This document shows, in pieces, positions 1-11,100 of a stretch of DNA of 64,000 nucleotides. Position numbers and translations under genes: made by a program. Under the pieces are notes generated by a model that saw nothing but the letters and a program-made list of their open reading frames with translations, was not told the origin of the DNA and made no database searches. Source of the stretch: a virus (taxonomy: Duplodnaviria > Caudoviricetes); the IMG/VR virus record IMGVR_UViG_3300013902_000009, positions 35,818 to 99,817 of that record, one strand, 5' to 3'. Within the stretch, counting starts at the first letter, position 1. Each line of letters starts with the position of its first letter.

Positions 1-74
1 TAGTGATGGCTACAGACGAAATAAAAGAAGCATTATTTCCTAAAGAGGAAGATAACAAGTCTAAGGAGGCTTAG
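1..74 (+). CDS. 3' end of a hypothetical protein (partial, ...VMATDEIKEALFPKEEDNKSKEA*)
   Basis: Frame open from position 3 to TAG at 72-74, directly upstream of ATG at 77. Confidence 0.5.
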   Translation, partial: VMATDEIKEALFPKEEDNKSKEA

Positions 75-76
75 TT

Positions 77-460
77 ATGAGTAGAATAGCTGACAGCGTT
101 ATAAAAATTGATGCACCTGTCAATAATAACTTCTTTAAGAGTTGGTTTATGTTTTTAGAGCCTTTCCATCACTTAACAGATAAAGAGATGGATGTTATGG
201 CTTCATTCGCTAAGCATAGATACGAGCTTGGTAAATCAATAAAAGATGACGCACTGCTTGATAGATTTCTATTTAGTGAAGAAGTTAAGCGTCAAATAAG
301 GGAAGAGCTTGGTATGACCGCTAATAATTTTCAAGTTGTTATGGGTAAGTTTAAAAAGAAGGGGGTTATGCTTGAAGGTAAGATTAATCCAAAACTTTTG
401 CCTAATCTTGATTATGATAATCCAAGCTGTTATAAGTTAATGATTTACTTCAAGCTATGA
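77..460 (+). CDS. conserved crAss-like phage protein, possible winged-helix DNA-binding protein
   Basis: 127-aa ORF; LTDKEMDV...EVKRQIREELGMTANNFQVVMGKFKKKG resembles a wHTH; ATGA overlap with next gene. Confidence 0.6.
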   Translation: MSRIADSVIKIDAPVNNNFFKSWFMFLEPFHHLTDKEMDVMASFAKHRYELGKSIKDDALLDRFLFSEEVKRQIREELGMTANNFQVVMGKFKKKGVMLEGKINPKLLPNLDYDNPSCYKLMIYFKL

Positions 461-726
461 AAAATCATAATGAAGATATAATTAAGGATGTAGCAGAAAA
501 GACAGGTTATTCTTACGATACAGTATTAGGAGTATATAATACCTACTTCAAACAAATGAGGAAGTGTATGGAACGTTATGACTTCTTTACTAACTTTAAA
601 CCAGAAGATTATAAAGGGTTAAAAACTAAATTTCCTTTATTTCAATTAGGTTATCTTTATATATCATTAGAAAGAGTATTAAAAATAAATAGAAAGAAAA
701 TATGGAGTCTTATAAATACCGTTTAA
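457..726 (+). CDS. HU/IHF-like DNA-binding protein (divergent)
   Basis: EDIIKDVAEKTGYSYDTVLGVYNTYFKQMRKCM matches HU helices 1-2; FPLFQLGYL resembles the L.GFG strand. Confidence 0.55.
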   Translation: MKNHNEDIIKDVAEKTGYSYDTVLGVYNTYFKQMRKCMERYDFFTNFKPEDYKGLKTKFPLFQLGYLYISLERVLKINRKKIWSLINTV

Positions 727-1070
727 TCAAAGAGTTTTGTGACCTTGATGTCAATATGGACAAGCTCGATATGTTTATCGAGGCGAAAAAGCAGGAAGGC
801 GTTGACGTGCATAAAGCATATCCGCATCATATAGAGCAGAAGGATGCTATGCTTGACTACAGCAAGGCTCTTGCCAACAGGCTTATGGAAGAGTGTATAC
901 TTTCGGAGTTTATGGATGAGGTGAAGAAATCCATAAACATAGACGAGCCTGAGGAGAAGAATCCCAGTGAGTCTCAGGAGGAACTTAACAAGGCGATCGA
1001 GGAGGCTGTTGTCAAGTCAATCAAGGAGTGCTTCGGGATTGATGTAAAGGTTGATATTAAAAATCTGTAG
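702..1070 (+). CDS. small helical protein resembling the crAss001_48-like family, with acidic tail
   Basis: RL..E...L.....KL..FI ... Q..AM..Y...L..R pattern. Confidence 0.5.
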   Translation: MESYKYRLIKEFCDLDVNMDKLDMFIEAKKQEGVDVHKAYPHHIEQKDAMLDYSKALANRLMEECILSEFMDEVKKSINIDEPEEKNPSESQEELNKAIEEAVVKSIKECFGIDVKVDIKNL

Positions 1071-1072
1071 AT

Positions 1073-1492
1073 ATGATTAAGGCGAAAAGGATTACACCGA
1101 TGTTTAACCGCATCGTAACAACAGCTGATAGGGTTGAGGTTGACCAGAAAGTTAATGGTATAATTATACCAGAGAAACTTAAAGGTGGATATAGTGAATA
1201 TCAAAGAGTTATAGCTGTTGGCTCAATGGTGCACAACCTTAAAGAGGGAGATTTGGTTTGTATAGACCCTTCTGCGTATGGAAGACCAGTACATAAGGAG
1301 CATATAGATTCAGTTAAAGGACTTTCCGAAGACACAGTGCAAATGGCTTATTATATTCCTACTATAGAGGTTGACGGTAAAGAATGTATGTTTATAGCTG
1401 ATAGGGATATAGCTTATAAAGTAGAAGAGTACGAGGATATTAAAGACGAGGATAAACCCTTGGTTATAACGCCCCCTACAATAATTAGTTAG
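1073..1492 (+). CDS. groES: GroES/Cpn10-like co-chaperonin
   Basis: ITPMFNRIV, NGIIIPE, RVIAVGS, LKEGDLV and IEVDGKECMFIADRDI correspond to GroES motifs. Confidence 0.8.
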   Translation: MIKAKRITPMFNRIVTTADRVEVDQKVNGIIIPEKLKGGYSEYQRVIAVGSMVHNLKEGDLVCIDPSAYGRPVHKEHIDSVKGLSEDTVQMAYYIPTIEVDGKECMFIADRDIAYKVEEYEDIKDEDKPLVITPPTIIS

Positions 1493-1510
1493 TTGTGTAT
1501 TTTATATTTC

Positions 1511-1542
1511 GCCCTGCCCTTATGGGCGGGGCTTTTATTTTT
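1511..1542 (+). terminator. intrinsic terminator after groES-like gene
   Basis: GCCCTGCCC-TTAT-GGGCGGGGC hairpin followed by TTTTATTTTT. Confidence 0.8.
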
Positions 1543-1549
1543 GATTAAT

Positions 1550-2104
1550 ATGAATCTTTTACAATACAAAGATTATAAAGTTACTATAAGCGATGAAGCT
1601 TGGTTAGTTCCATCTATACGTAAGTTATTTACTATGGATAAAACTAAAAACAAAGATGTTTTTCTTAACCAGATGACATATATTTACTTTTATGCTGATG
1701 TAAGGAGTGATTACAACTATATAGATGACATTGATGAGAAGTCATCAACGATAATATCAAACGAAGGGCTTCCAAAGGATTTCAAGGTTACGCCAGAACT
1801 CGATAATGCTATTGAGGATTATATAAGGCTAACAACTACAACGTCTTCGGCTCTTTTAAGGGATTCTATGATTGCCGCTGAACGTCTTCGTAAATTTCTT
1901 GTTAGTGTAGATTATAATGAAAGGGACGATAAGGGCAAGCCAGTATATGCTGTAAATACTGTAACTTCTGCTTTGAAGTCAATACCTGAGATAGCCAAGT
2001 CTATCAAAGAGACGGAGAGGATAGTCAATCAGGAAATGCTTGAGGCTGGTAGGGCAAGAGGTGGTAACGAGCATAAAAAACTATTTGAAGATGGAGCGGT
2101 ATAG
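1550..2104 (+). CDS. conserved crAss-like protein upstream of terL (possible terminase small subunit)
   Basis: Likely ATG at 1550 (MNLLQYKD), because the ORF-track start at 1493 runs through the terminator; function inferred from position only. Confidence 0.55.
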   Translation: MNLLQYKDYKVTISDEAWLVPSIRKLFTMDKTKNKDVFLNQMTYIYFYADVRSDYNYIDDIDEKSSTIISNEGLPKDFKVTPELDNAIEDYIRLTTTTSSALLRDSMIAAERLRKFLVSVDYNERDDKGKPVYAVNTVTSALKSIPEIAKSIKETERIVNQEMLEAGRARGGNEHKKLFEDGAV

Positions 2105-2375
2105 TGAGATTAAAAAGTTGGTTAGATGGGGAGAGTTGTTTCTTGGAGACAAACTTGGAGGAAATAGGCTAATATTGTCTGTTGAAGACAAGCCTAACAA
2201 AAAATTTCCTGCTTACCATAATTTGAAGGTTATTATATACGATGTTAAAAGTAGGAGTGAGAAAACGCTCATGTGTGGTTATGAAGGTACATATAGAACC
2301 GTAGGTGATGTAGATTCTATGCTTGACAGGCTTGCCGTTGATTTCATTAGTAAACTAATGTCTTATGGAGTATAA
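2091..2375 (+). CDS. hypothetical protein
   Basis: ATG at 2091 (MERYSEIKK) overlaps the upstream gene end; its stop overlaps the terL start. Confidence 0.55.
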   Translation: MERYSEIKKLVRWGELFLGDKLGGNRLILSVEDKPNKKFPAYHNLKVIIYDVKSRSEKTLMCGYEGTYRTVGDVDSMLDRLAVDFISKLMSYGV

Positions 2376-5300
2376 TTCAAAACAGACACCGTTTGAGTCG
2401 CTCGGTCTTGATAAGGCTGCCGAGGAAGTTAGGCTTCAATATGATGATTTTGCTAATAATGTGCCTTTTATAAATTGGATGTTAGGTGCGCGTCCTAGAG
2501 CAAAAGACTTACCAAGAGACGAGTCTGGTAGAATTATAATCGATATAACAAAGCCTCATATACTTGAGGATATGGATTATTTCAGACCGACAGCCATACA
2601 TTACCAAAAGACGGGTAAGCTGTGCGACTTCAAACCTAACGGCAACCCAAACAGCGATTACGGCGCTTGGGTTAGGGAGGAGACGCGCAGGTGTCTTGAG
2701 GGTTACATTAGACCAAGCGACGGCGAGTGGATTACAGGCGACTACTACTTCTTTTTGAATTACTGCCCGATACAGCTATCAAAGAGAGGTAAAGGTAAGA
2801 AAGCCAACCGTGTGGTTGACTTCCCTTTTGTTTGGGACGGACATTATCTTATAACGCATTATCTATACAAGGCGAGAATGAGCGGGCATCACGCTTGGGA
2901 GTTAGCCCGCAGAGGTTCAGGCAAGGCGCATCCTTATGATGAGTTTGTATATACACCAGATGGACTAAAGCGTTGGGGTGATATCAAAATAGGTGATACT
3001 CTTTACGGAGACGACGGGTTGACAACAAAAGTTGTTGATATTCCTTTCGACGGAGTATCCCCTGTTTATGAGGTGACGCTTGCCTCAGGAGAGAATGTGA
3101 GATGTTCAGAAGGGCATTTATGGAGGGTTAGAAGCCATACAAAAAAGAAAGAGTTAGTTATATCAACCAAGGAATTGATTGGCTTATACAAGAGAAAACG
3201 CAAGGTTTCTGACAGAAATCCCAAGGGTATAGAGTATGATTGCACAATTCCGTTAAGCAAAGGTGTTGACTATCCATACAAAGAGACAAAGGTAGATCCG
3301 TATGTTTTTGGTTTGCTTCTTGGTAACGGCAGTTTTAGGATTCCAAACTGTAAGGACAAGACATACTTTACAGCTCCAGACGATGATTTTGAGGTGTATA
3401 AGGAATACATTCCATATAAGTGGATAAAATATTCAAACACAAAGTTTGGATACAACTTAAATGTGCCGGGCTTTGGAGATATACTTAAAGGATACGGTTT
3501 GTTCTACAAGAAGTCCGAGAATAAGTTTATACCGGATGAGTATAAGTTCAATTCAAGAGAGGTCAGGATAAACATACTGAAAGGCATATTGGATTCCGAC
3601 GGCACCGTTTATAATAAAAGAGGCTCAATAGATTTGGCGTTATCCTCAAAAAGACTCATAGAGGATGTCAGGTGGATTCTCGCTTCGCTTGGTATAAACT
3701 ATTCAAAGATAAGGGTTAAGCACACGTTTTATAAAAATAAGGATGGCGTCAGGATTGACTGTTTGGATTCATACAGAATATCAATATTTTCAGAAATAGA
3801 GTTGTTTAACCTTCCACGCAAACTTTCCTTATGGAACCAAAGGAGTCTCACAAATTATGGCAGGAGCAAATATACTGGAACAAAAATAGTTGATATACAA
3901 TATGTAGGTGAACAGAAAGCCAAATGTGTAACGGTTGATAATGATTCGCATTGCTACTTAATCAACAACTTCATCGTGACGCATAACAGCTTCTTGGGTG
4001 CTTCACTGCTTGCCAAGAGGTTTATATTGGGTGAGTCTTATGAGGTTAACCGCAAGGTGCAGTGCGTTGTGACTGCGTCTGAGAGAAAGTATCTTACTGG
4101 AGCAAACCAGATTCTTGATATGTTCCAGACTTATATAGATTTCTGCGCGACATATACAGAATGGCCTTATTTGCGTCTTATGGATTCCAAACAGAATCTC
4201 CAGTGGATTATGGGTTACAAAGATGTAGATACGGGTGTATCAAAAGGTACTCTTAATTCGGTAATAGGCATATCTTCAAAAGATGACGACTCCAAACTGA
4301 GAGGTTCGCGAGGTGTTTTGTATCTAATCGAGGAGTGCGGTACTTTTGCGAGGCTGCTTGATACATACAATACAATACGTCCTTCCGTTGAGGATGGAGA
4401 TAGTGTTTTTGGAATGCTTTTCGGATACGGTACGTCTGGTTCGAGCGAGTCTGACTTTAGGAGTTCTCAGGAGATTATGTATAACCCGGACGGATATAAT
4501 GTGATGTCGCTTGAGAATGTATACGACAAGGTCGGGCAGGGCAGAAGCAGATTTTGCTATTTCTTTCCGGGTTATCTAAATAGATCTGAATGCTATGATA
4601 ATGATGGTAACTCTGATGTATCAAAGGCTCTGGTTGAAATACTTAAGGATAGATATGTAACCAAGTATAACTCTACAGACCCGAACACTATAACGAAGCG
4701 TATAGCGGAGATACCTATAACCCCTCAAGAGGCTGTGTTGAAAGTTATGGGTAATCTATTCCCAGTCAGTGATTTAAATGCGAGATTGAATCAGCTTGAC
4801 GCCAATACATCCGAATATAACGATGTGTATACAGGAGAACTTATATTTGACAATAAAGGAGATGTTAAGTTTGCTCCTACTTCTGATATGCCTATACGTG
4901 TGTGGCCTACAAAAGACAACAAGGTTAATGGAGCCATAGAGTTCTACGCGATGCCGGAAAAGGATTCAAACGGCAAGGTTTACAGGGAGAGGTATATATT
5001 AGGACATGACCCAGCCGATAATGATGTAGCTGATACGATGTCTTTGACTTCAACGTTTGTATTGGACTTGTGGACAGACAGGATAGTTGCTGAATATACT
5101 GGCAGACAGGATTACGCTGACGACAACTTCGAGATAGTGAGGAAGCTGTGTATGTTCTATAACGGTAAGTGCTTATACGAGCAAAACAAGAAGGGTATAT
5201 TCGCTTATTTTTCTAAGATGAACTGTCTGTATCTTCTTGCTGATACACCTGAGTATCTGAGGGATAAGCAGTTGATTAAGTCGATAGGTTACGGCAATAC

Positions 5301-5652
5301 AAGCAAGGGAGTTAACGCTACACAGCCTATCAATAATTTCGCCGACAATTTAATTAAGGAGTGGCTTATCAAGCCTGTCATGATTAATATCGAGGAAGAA
5401 GGCGAGGTTAAAGAAGTGCAGGTTAAAAACCTTGTGTTTATCAAGAATAGGGCTTTGTTACAGGAGTTGATTTCGTATAATCCTTACGCAAACTTCGATA
5501 GAATACGTGCTTTAGGTATGCTCATGCTTTACCGCGAGCAGTATATGGTGCTTTGGGGAGGAGAGGTTCGCAAGGATAACAATATAGCTGATGATAAAGC
5601 ATATCTTGGTAACGATGACTTTTTTAGTAAAAATTACAGGCATAAAGGTTAA
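2365..5652 (+). CDS. terL: terminase large subunit (intein-containing)
   Basis: Spliced Walker A ARRGSGK/S, Walker B LYLIEECG, motif GYGTSG, RNase H-like nuclease YILGHDP...FDRIRAL; followed by portal. Confidence 0.95.
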   Translation: MEYNSKQTPFESLGLDKAAEEVRLQYDDFANNVPFINWMLGARPRAKDLPRDESGRIIIDITKPHILEDMDYFRPTAIHYQKTGKLCDFKPNGNPNSDYGAWVREETRRCLEGYIRPSDGEWITGDYYFFLNYCPIQLSKRGKGKKANRVVDFPFVWDGHYLITHYLYKARMSGHHAWELARRGSGKAHPYDEFVYTPDGLKRWGDIKIGDTLYGDDGLTTKVVDIPFDGVSPVYEVTLASGENVRCSEGHLWRVRSHTKKKELVISTKELIGLYKRKRKVSDRNPKGIEYDCTIPLSKGVDYPYKETKVDPYVFGLLLGNGSFRIPNCKDKTYFTAPDDDFEVYKEYIPYKWIKYSNTKFGYNLNVPGFGDILKGYGLFYKKSENKFIPDEYKFNSREVRINILKGILDSDGTVYNKRGSIDLALSSKRLIEDVRWILASLGINYSKIRVKHTFYKNKDGVRIDCLDSYRISIFSEIELFNLPRKLSLWNQRSLTNYGRSKYTGTKIVDIQYVGEQKAKCVTVDNDSHCYLINNFIVTHNSFLGASLLAKRFILGESYEVNRKVQCVVTASERKYLTGANQILDMFQTYIDFCATYTEWPYLRLMDSKQNLQWIMGYKDVDTGVSKGTLNSVIGISSKDDDSKLRGSRGVLYLIEECGTFARLLDTYNTIRPSVEDGDSVFGMLFGYGTSGSSESDFRSSQEIMYNPDGYNVMSLENVYDKVGQGRSRFCYFFPGYLNRSECYDNDGNSDVSKALVEILKDRYVTKYNSTDPNTITKRIAEIPITPQEAVLKVMGNLFPVSDLNARLNQLDANTSEYNDVYTGELIFDNKGDVKFAPTSDMPIRVWPTKDNKVNGAIEFYAMPEKDSNGKVYRERYILGHDPADNDVADTMSLTSTFVLDLWTDRIVAEYTGRQDYADDNFEIVRKLCMFYNGKCLYEQNKKGIFAYFSKMNCLYLLADTPEYLRDKQLIKSIGYGNTSKGVNATQPINNFADNLIKEWLIKPVMINIEEEGEVKEVQVKNLVFIKNRALLQELISYNPYANFDRIRALGMLMLYREQYMVLWGGEVRKDNNIADDKAYLGNDDFFSKNYRHKG
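2926..3987 (+). mobile_element. class 3 (Ala1, WCT) intein with LAGLIDADG homing endonuclease, 354 aa
   Basis: Starts AHPYDEFVYTPDG; block B CSEGHLW; block F KCVTVD; ends FIVTHN before Ser+1; endonuclease motifs FGLLLGNGS and LKGILDSDG. Confidence 0.92.
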
Positions 5653-5691
5653 AAAGGTATTAATCTAATTGTCTGTATTATTATTGTTGCT

Positions 5692-5699
5692 TATTTTTG
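5692..5699 (+). promoter_or_regulatory. Bacteroidota-type -7 promoter element upstream of portal
   Basis: TATTTTTG matches TAnnTTTG, 22 nt before the ATG. Confidence 0.55.
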
Positions 5700-5721
5700 T
5701 GGCAGTTAAATATTTATAGAT

Positions 5722-8136
5722 ATGAGTTTTGACTTTGGTTTTCCGAGGCAGCAGCTTCCATTCTCTTCCAAGACTAAGGCTTGGAGGAAGCGTTGCGTCG
5801 ATTGGGGGGCCGACAAATCCATAGGTGACGACAATCCTGTAAGGAAGTCTATGTATCATAAGATGATAAACTATGACTTGCTTAACGGAAAAACACATAT
5901 AGAGGATATGATGAATGTCGTTAACCCAGATAGGATTGACGCCTCATACATACCGTCAAGTATACAACATTATCCTATAATGAACTCAAAACTTAACGTC
6001 TTACGAGGTGAAGAGTCAAGAAGAGTTTTTGATTATAGGGTTATAGTAACAAACCCGACGGCCATAAGTGATATAGAGCGTGAGAAGAGAGACGCTTTAA
6101 GTCAATCATTACAGCAAGCTGTGATGGATTCATCAATATCTGAGGAAGATTTTAATGCTAGGATTCAGGAGATTTCAGACTATTTTAATTATAACTATCA
6201 AGATACTAGGGAATTTAGGGCTAATTGCTTACTCAATCATTATTGGAAAGAATACAATATGCCATTAATGTTTAATAGAGGTTTCGTTGATGGTTATTGT
6301 GTTGGTGAAGAAATATACCAATGTGATATAGTCGGTGGTGAGCCAGTTATAAGTCAGATAAATCCTAGGATAATTAATCTCTATATGAATTCGTATTCTT
6401 CAAGGGTTGAAGATGCCGATGTTGTTGTAATAGAGAATTGGTGGTCTCCAGCTAAGGTTATAGATACATTTCATGAGCAATTAACTTCGAATGAAGTTAA
6501 GCGTATCGAGGAAGCATATATGACAGAAACTAATGGTGAGAATACTAGCGATAGTGAAGAGGCTGCAAGAGGTTTTATAAGGCTTACAGATGGCTATCAA
6601 TCACCCGAAGAACGTTATGATAATAATGATAACGTATCAGCTTCTGTTCTTTTTGGTGATGAAACGGTACACTCTTTAACTCCTTATGATAATAATGGTA
6701 ATATAAGAGTAGTACAGGTTTATTGGAAGTCAAGAAGGAAAGTAAAGAAGGTTAAATCTTACAATCAAATAACAGGAGAAGAGGAATATAATCTATATCC
6801 TGAGACATATATTTGCAATAAAGACAAAGGCGAGGAAGAGCAGGTATTGTGGATTAACCAAGCTTGGGAAGGTACAAAGATAGGTAAGGATATATATGTC
6901 AATATGAGACCTAGGCCTATACAGTATAATTCTATGAGTAATCCTTCAAGATGTCATTTTGGTATTGTAGGTTCAATCTATAATATAACAGGTGACAAAC
7001 CTTTCTCTTTGGTTGATATAATGAAGCCATATTCATATTATTATGACTTCATACATGATAGGCTAAATAAAACAATAGCAAAGAATTGGGGTAAAATCCT
7101 ACAGATGGATATAGCTAAAGTGCCAGAGGGTTGGGATGTAGACAAGTGGATGTATTTCGCCAAGGTAAACTCAATAGCTGTTGTGGATTCATTCAAGGAA
7201 GGTAATAAAGGTGCTGCTACAGGTAAGCTTGCCGGTGGTTTAAATAACGCATCAACTGGAGTTATAGACCTCGAATTAGGTAATTCTATACAGCAACATA
7301 TAAATCTACTTGAGTACATCAAGTCTGAGATGAGTGAGGTTGCAGGAATATCAAAACAAAGAGAAGGTCAGATAAGTAATAGAGAAACCGTAGGAGGCGT
7401 TGAGAGGGCTACTCTTCAATCTAGTCACATCACAGAATGGTTATTTATAATACATGATGATGTCAAGAAACGCACTATGGAATGCTTTCTAGAGACGGCT
7501 AAAATAGCTTTGAGAGGACGTTCTAAGAAGTTCCAATATATACTTCCTGATAATGCTATTAAAGTTATAGATATAGATGGCGATGAGTTTGCAGAGTGCG
7601 ATTACGGTATAGTAGTTGACAATTCTAGCGATATACAACAGCTAAAGTCGCAGATAGATACGCTTGCACAGGCGGCTTTACAGAACCAATTGCTTTCCTT
7701 CTCTACGCTTATGAGGATTTACTCTTCTTGCTCTCTTTCTGAAAAGGTTCGTCTTATAGAGCGTGACGAGAAACAGAGGCAGCAACAGGCCGAACAGGCG
7801 CAGCAACAACAGTTGCAAGCACAGCAACAGATTGCGCAAATGCAGCAGCGGGAAAAACAAATGGAGTTACAACTTGAAGATACATTAAATCAAAGGGATA
7901 ACGAAACTAAAATTGTTGTTGCTACTATAGGCGCTCAATCAAAACAAAGCGAATCAAATGATGGTATAGTTGAACCTACAGAAAGTGAAAGGCAAAATCT
8001 TCAGGAGAAAATACGTCAGTTTGATGAGCGACTTAAATTAGATAGGGAGAGGCTAGAATTTGACAAAAATAAGTCAAAGGAAGAATTGAGGTTAAAAGAG
8101 AAGCAAATAAATAAACCAAATAAAACTGTTAAGTGA
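5722..8136 (+). CDS. portal protein
   Basis: 804 aa directly after terL; crAss-type FPRQQLPFSSK, IQHYPIMNSKLNVLRGEE and ISKQREGQISNRETVGGVER; Q-rich C-terminal coiled coil. Confidence 0.92.
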   Translation: MSFDFGFPRQQLPFSSKTKAWRKRCVDWGADKSIGDDNPVRKSMYHKMINYDLLNGKTHIEDMMNVVNPDRIDASYIPSSIQHYPIMNSKLNVLRGEESRRVFDYRVIVTNPTAISDIEREKRDALSQSLQQAVMDSSISEEDFNARIQEISDYFNYNYQDTREFRANCLLNHYWKEYNMPLMFNRGFVDGYCVGEEIYQCDIVGGEPVISQINPRIINLYMNSYSSRVEDADVVVIENWWSPAKVIDTFHEQLTSNEVKRIEEAYMTETNGENTSDSEEAARGFIRLTDGYQSPEERYDNNDNVSASVLFGDETVHSLTPYDNNGNIRVVQVYWKSRRKVKKVKSYNQITGEEEYNLYPETYICNKDKGEEEQVLWINQAWEGTKIGKDIYVNMRPRPIQYNSMSNPSRCHFGIVGSIYNITGDKPFSLVDIMKPYSYYYDFIHDRLNKTIAKNWGKILQMDIAKVPEGWDVDKWMYFAKVNSIAVVDSFKEGNKGAATGKLAGGLNNASTGVIDLELGNSIQQHINLLEYIKSEMSEVAGISKQREGQISNRETVGGVERATLQSSHITEWLFIIHDDVKKRTMECFLETAKIALRGRSKKFQYILPDNAIKVIDIDGDEFAECDYGIVVDNSSDIQQLKSQIDTLAQAALQNQLLSFSTLMRIYSSCSLSEKVRLIERDEKQRQQQAEQAQQQQLQAQQQIAQMQQREKQMELQLEDTLNQRDNETKIVVATIGAQSKQSESNDGIVEPTESERQNLQEKIRQFDERLKLDRERLEFDKNKSKEELRLKEKQINKPNKTVK

Positions 8137-11100
8137 TGGATGAAATAGTAAAAGGTGTGGTTGAAACCACTTCTGTTCCTGAAAATGTGGAACAGCTCGT
8201 AAAGATAAATATTAAAGATGGCAAAGCATCTGCTACTCTTTTTGCTAACCCTAATGGTTCGTCTATAAAGAGAAGACTTGATGAACTTGAGGAAAGATTT
8301 AATAATCTTAAGACTATTAATTACGAAGAACTTTACGGTCCGGGTAATATTGATATAAAACAAGGAGGAGGTTCTTCTGGTGGAGGAGAAGGAGATGTAA
8401 CAAAAGTTTACGTCGATGAGCAAGATGAAAAAACTCTTACTAAAGCTAAAGAATATACAGATAGCAAGGTAGGTAGTGAAATAACAAATTTGAGAGATTA
8501 TGTCGATAAGACATCAAGTACAATACTTGAGCAAGCTAAAGAGTATGCTGATTCTCTATCTTATGGAGGAGGAGAAGGAGGCGACAAAGCTACTGTTGTT
8601 CTAATAGATGCGGTTAATAGAGCTTCACAAGCTCGTACCGAAGCTTATACAGCTCATAAAGAAGGCAAGGCAATCGTACTTAAGTGTGCTGCAGACAAAT
8701 ACATTCCAATGACAGTTACTGCTGAATCTAATGATTCTGTAGATTTGAAAGGATTTGATTTGAGTTATTCAGGATACGAGTATATTCCAGAAGTAACTTT
8801 GGTTACTCGTATGTGGACGCTAGATTCAAAAGGATTGAATTATACTGAAAAATCAGTACCTATTAACTCTTGTAGAACATTTGATTGCACAGGTTCTTCT
8901 AATGTATCTAATATATTTAATTATGCTCTTGATACCTATAATAAAGGATTGAGCGTAATACTTAAAGTTAACACTAATACATTTGTATTAGCTAATACTG
9001 CAACAAGTGATTCACTCATAGGATATTCTTTCCAGTTTAATCCGGGAAAGCTAGAGAATGGAGAAAGTGGTATTGTTAGTGTAGATATAGTTAGATGGAG
9101 ATTAACCTCATCTGGTGTTACTAGGGATTCATTTAGTACAGAAGGTGGAGGAGGAAGTACTGGTGGAGGTGTAACTCTTACGCAGTATTATTCAACGAAT
9201 ACAGTTGCTAAAAATACATTGCCATCTAATCCTAGTGACGACCCTACTTTTTGGAATCAAACTAAACAAACAGTTGATTCGATATGGGCAGCACAAAAAG
9301 CAACAGGATACGATTGGACTATGTGGAAGCTTCTACCTAAAGATGGAGAAGATGGCAAGCCCGGTAAAGATGGAGATGATGGTATAACTCCAAATACATC
9401 ATTTAAAAGCATGGTGTTTAAAAGGACTAATACTAAACCAGATGCGCCAGATGCTAGTGAAGGGTCTTATAATAATCCAGTTCCTTCTGGTTGGTCTGAT
9501 GGTGCTCCTTCTGGTGAAGAACAACTTTGGATGTCAACAAGAATATTCTCTTCTGATGGAGAATCACCTCAGCAATCTGCTTGGACTACACCTTCTGCTG
9601 TAAGCGATAATGAGTTTATGGATTATGAGTTCTCTTCTAAGGAAAATCCCGGAGAACCTAACAAGAAAACCCCTTCTTCTCCAGAACTTAATACTAACTG
9701 GAGTAACGAGGCTGACACAAGCACTATATGGATGGCTATGAGACAAGTAAGTAATGGTGCTTATGCAGAAGGTAGTTCTTGGAAGATAATGAAAATTAAG
9801 GGAGAGAAAGGAGAGGATGGTACTAGTGTAAAAATTAAAGGTAAACTAAATAGTACTGACGAACTGCCAAAATCAGGTAATACAATTGGTGACGCCTATC
9901 TAATAGATGGAGATTTATGGATTTGGGATGGAGATTCTTGGGAAAATGTTGGCAAAATAAAAGGAGAGAAGGGAGATGATGGCAATGATGGAAAATCTCC
10001 ATATTTACATATAAAATACTCGAATGATGGAGGTAATACATTTACCGATAATAATGGTGAAGTTCCGGGTGATTATATAGGAATGTATTGGGATTATATA
10101 ATAGATGATAGTTCCGATACAAGTAGCTATACATGGAAATACGTAAGAGGTGAAGATGGTTTTGGTTACGAGTATATATTCAAGCTTACAGAAACTTATG
10201 AAGCTCCAGATGTGCCTCAAATTGGTGATGATTATGATGATTACTTACCTACTGGCTGGACTGATGACGCTGGTGACGTATCTGAAGATATGCCTTTTTG
10301 CTGGGTATGTTATAGAAGAAAAATATCAGGACATTGGAGCGCATATAAAGGAAGTTCAAAAACACCGGGTAAAGCTGCTTTATTCTGTTCTTTTGGAACG
10401 TCTGGAGTAGACGCTATAACTGTTGACTTTACAAACGATGTAGATGGTGTAAATCTTACCTATGAAGGTAAAGTTGATGGAGAGCAAACTGTATCAACTT
10501 ATGTAGGAGCTTTTGAAGGAGAAGATGCAGCCGAGATTAAAAAGATAGAATATACACCAATTTCTGGCGTAACAATATCTACATCTACAACTGGTAGCGG
10601 AATAGATAATTATCCCGGAATAATAACTGCAACATTTGCTGATGGTTCTGAAGCTTTAAAAGAAGGTATAAATAGTATTGATGTTAAAGTTACTATTAGA
10701 TGTAAAAATGCTACATCTATAGAGCATGTGTCTAAAAAAACCTTTAAAGTTTTAGGCAATAAACCGGGCGCTCCCGGACAGGATGCTGTAACGTATAGAA
10801 TTATTACAAATGTACACTCTGTAAGAAAGTTTAGTGATGGAAGTTACGATACCGATTCTATCTCTGTAAAAAAGGTAGAAAAAAGGGTAGGTAGAGGCGA
10901 TTTTGTCGAAACTACAGAAGGCGTAATTAAATACTGTATAGATACTTATGACGAAAGCAAGGCTGTTACAATAGCTTTAAATACTGGAGTATCTGTAGCT
11001 AATATAAATAAGTTTATATCTTTCTATTATTATGTTGATGGTAAACTAGCAGATGGTCCAGAAGATGTTCCTATAAACGTTGACGGAGAGATGGGTGCTA

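Noticed and set aside
1493-1549. Apparent signal peptide on ORF 1493
   Set aside because: It comes from translating through the terminator hairpin and T-tract; ATG 1550 is the better start
7770-7875. CAG-rich tract in the portal gene
   Set aside because: Encodes the Q-rich coiled-coil barrel usual for these portals; not a separate element
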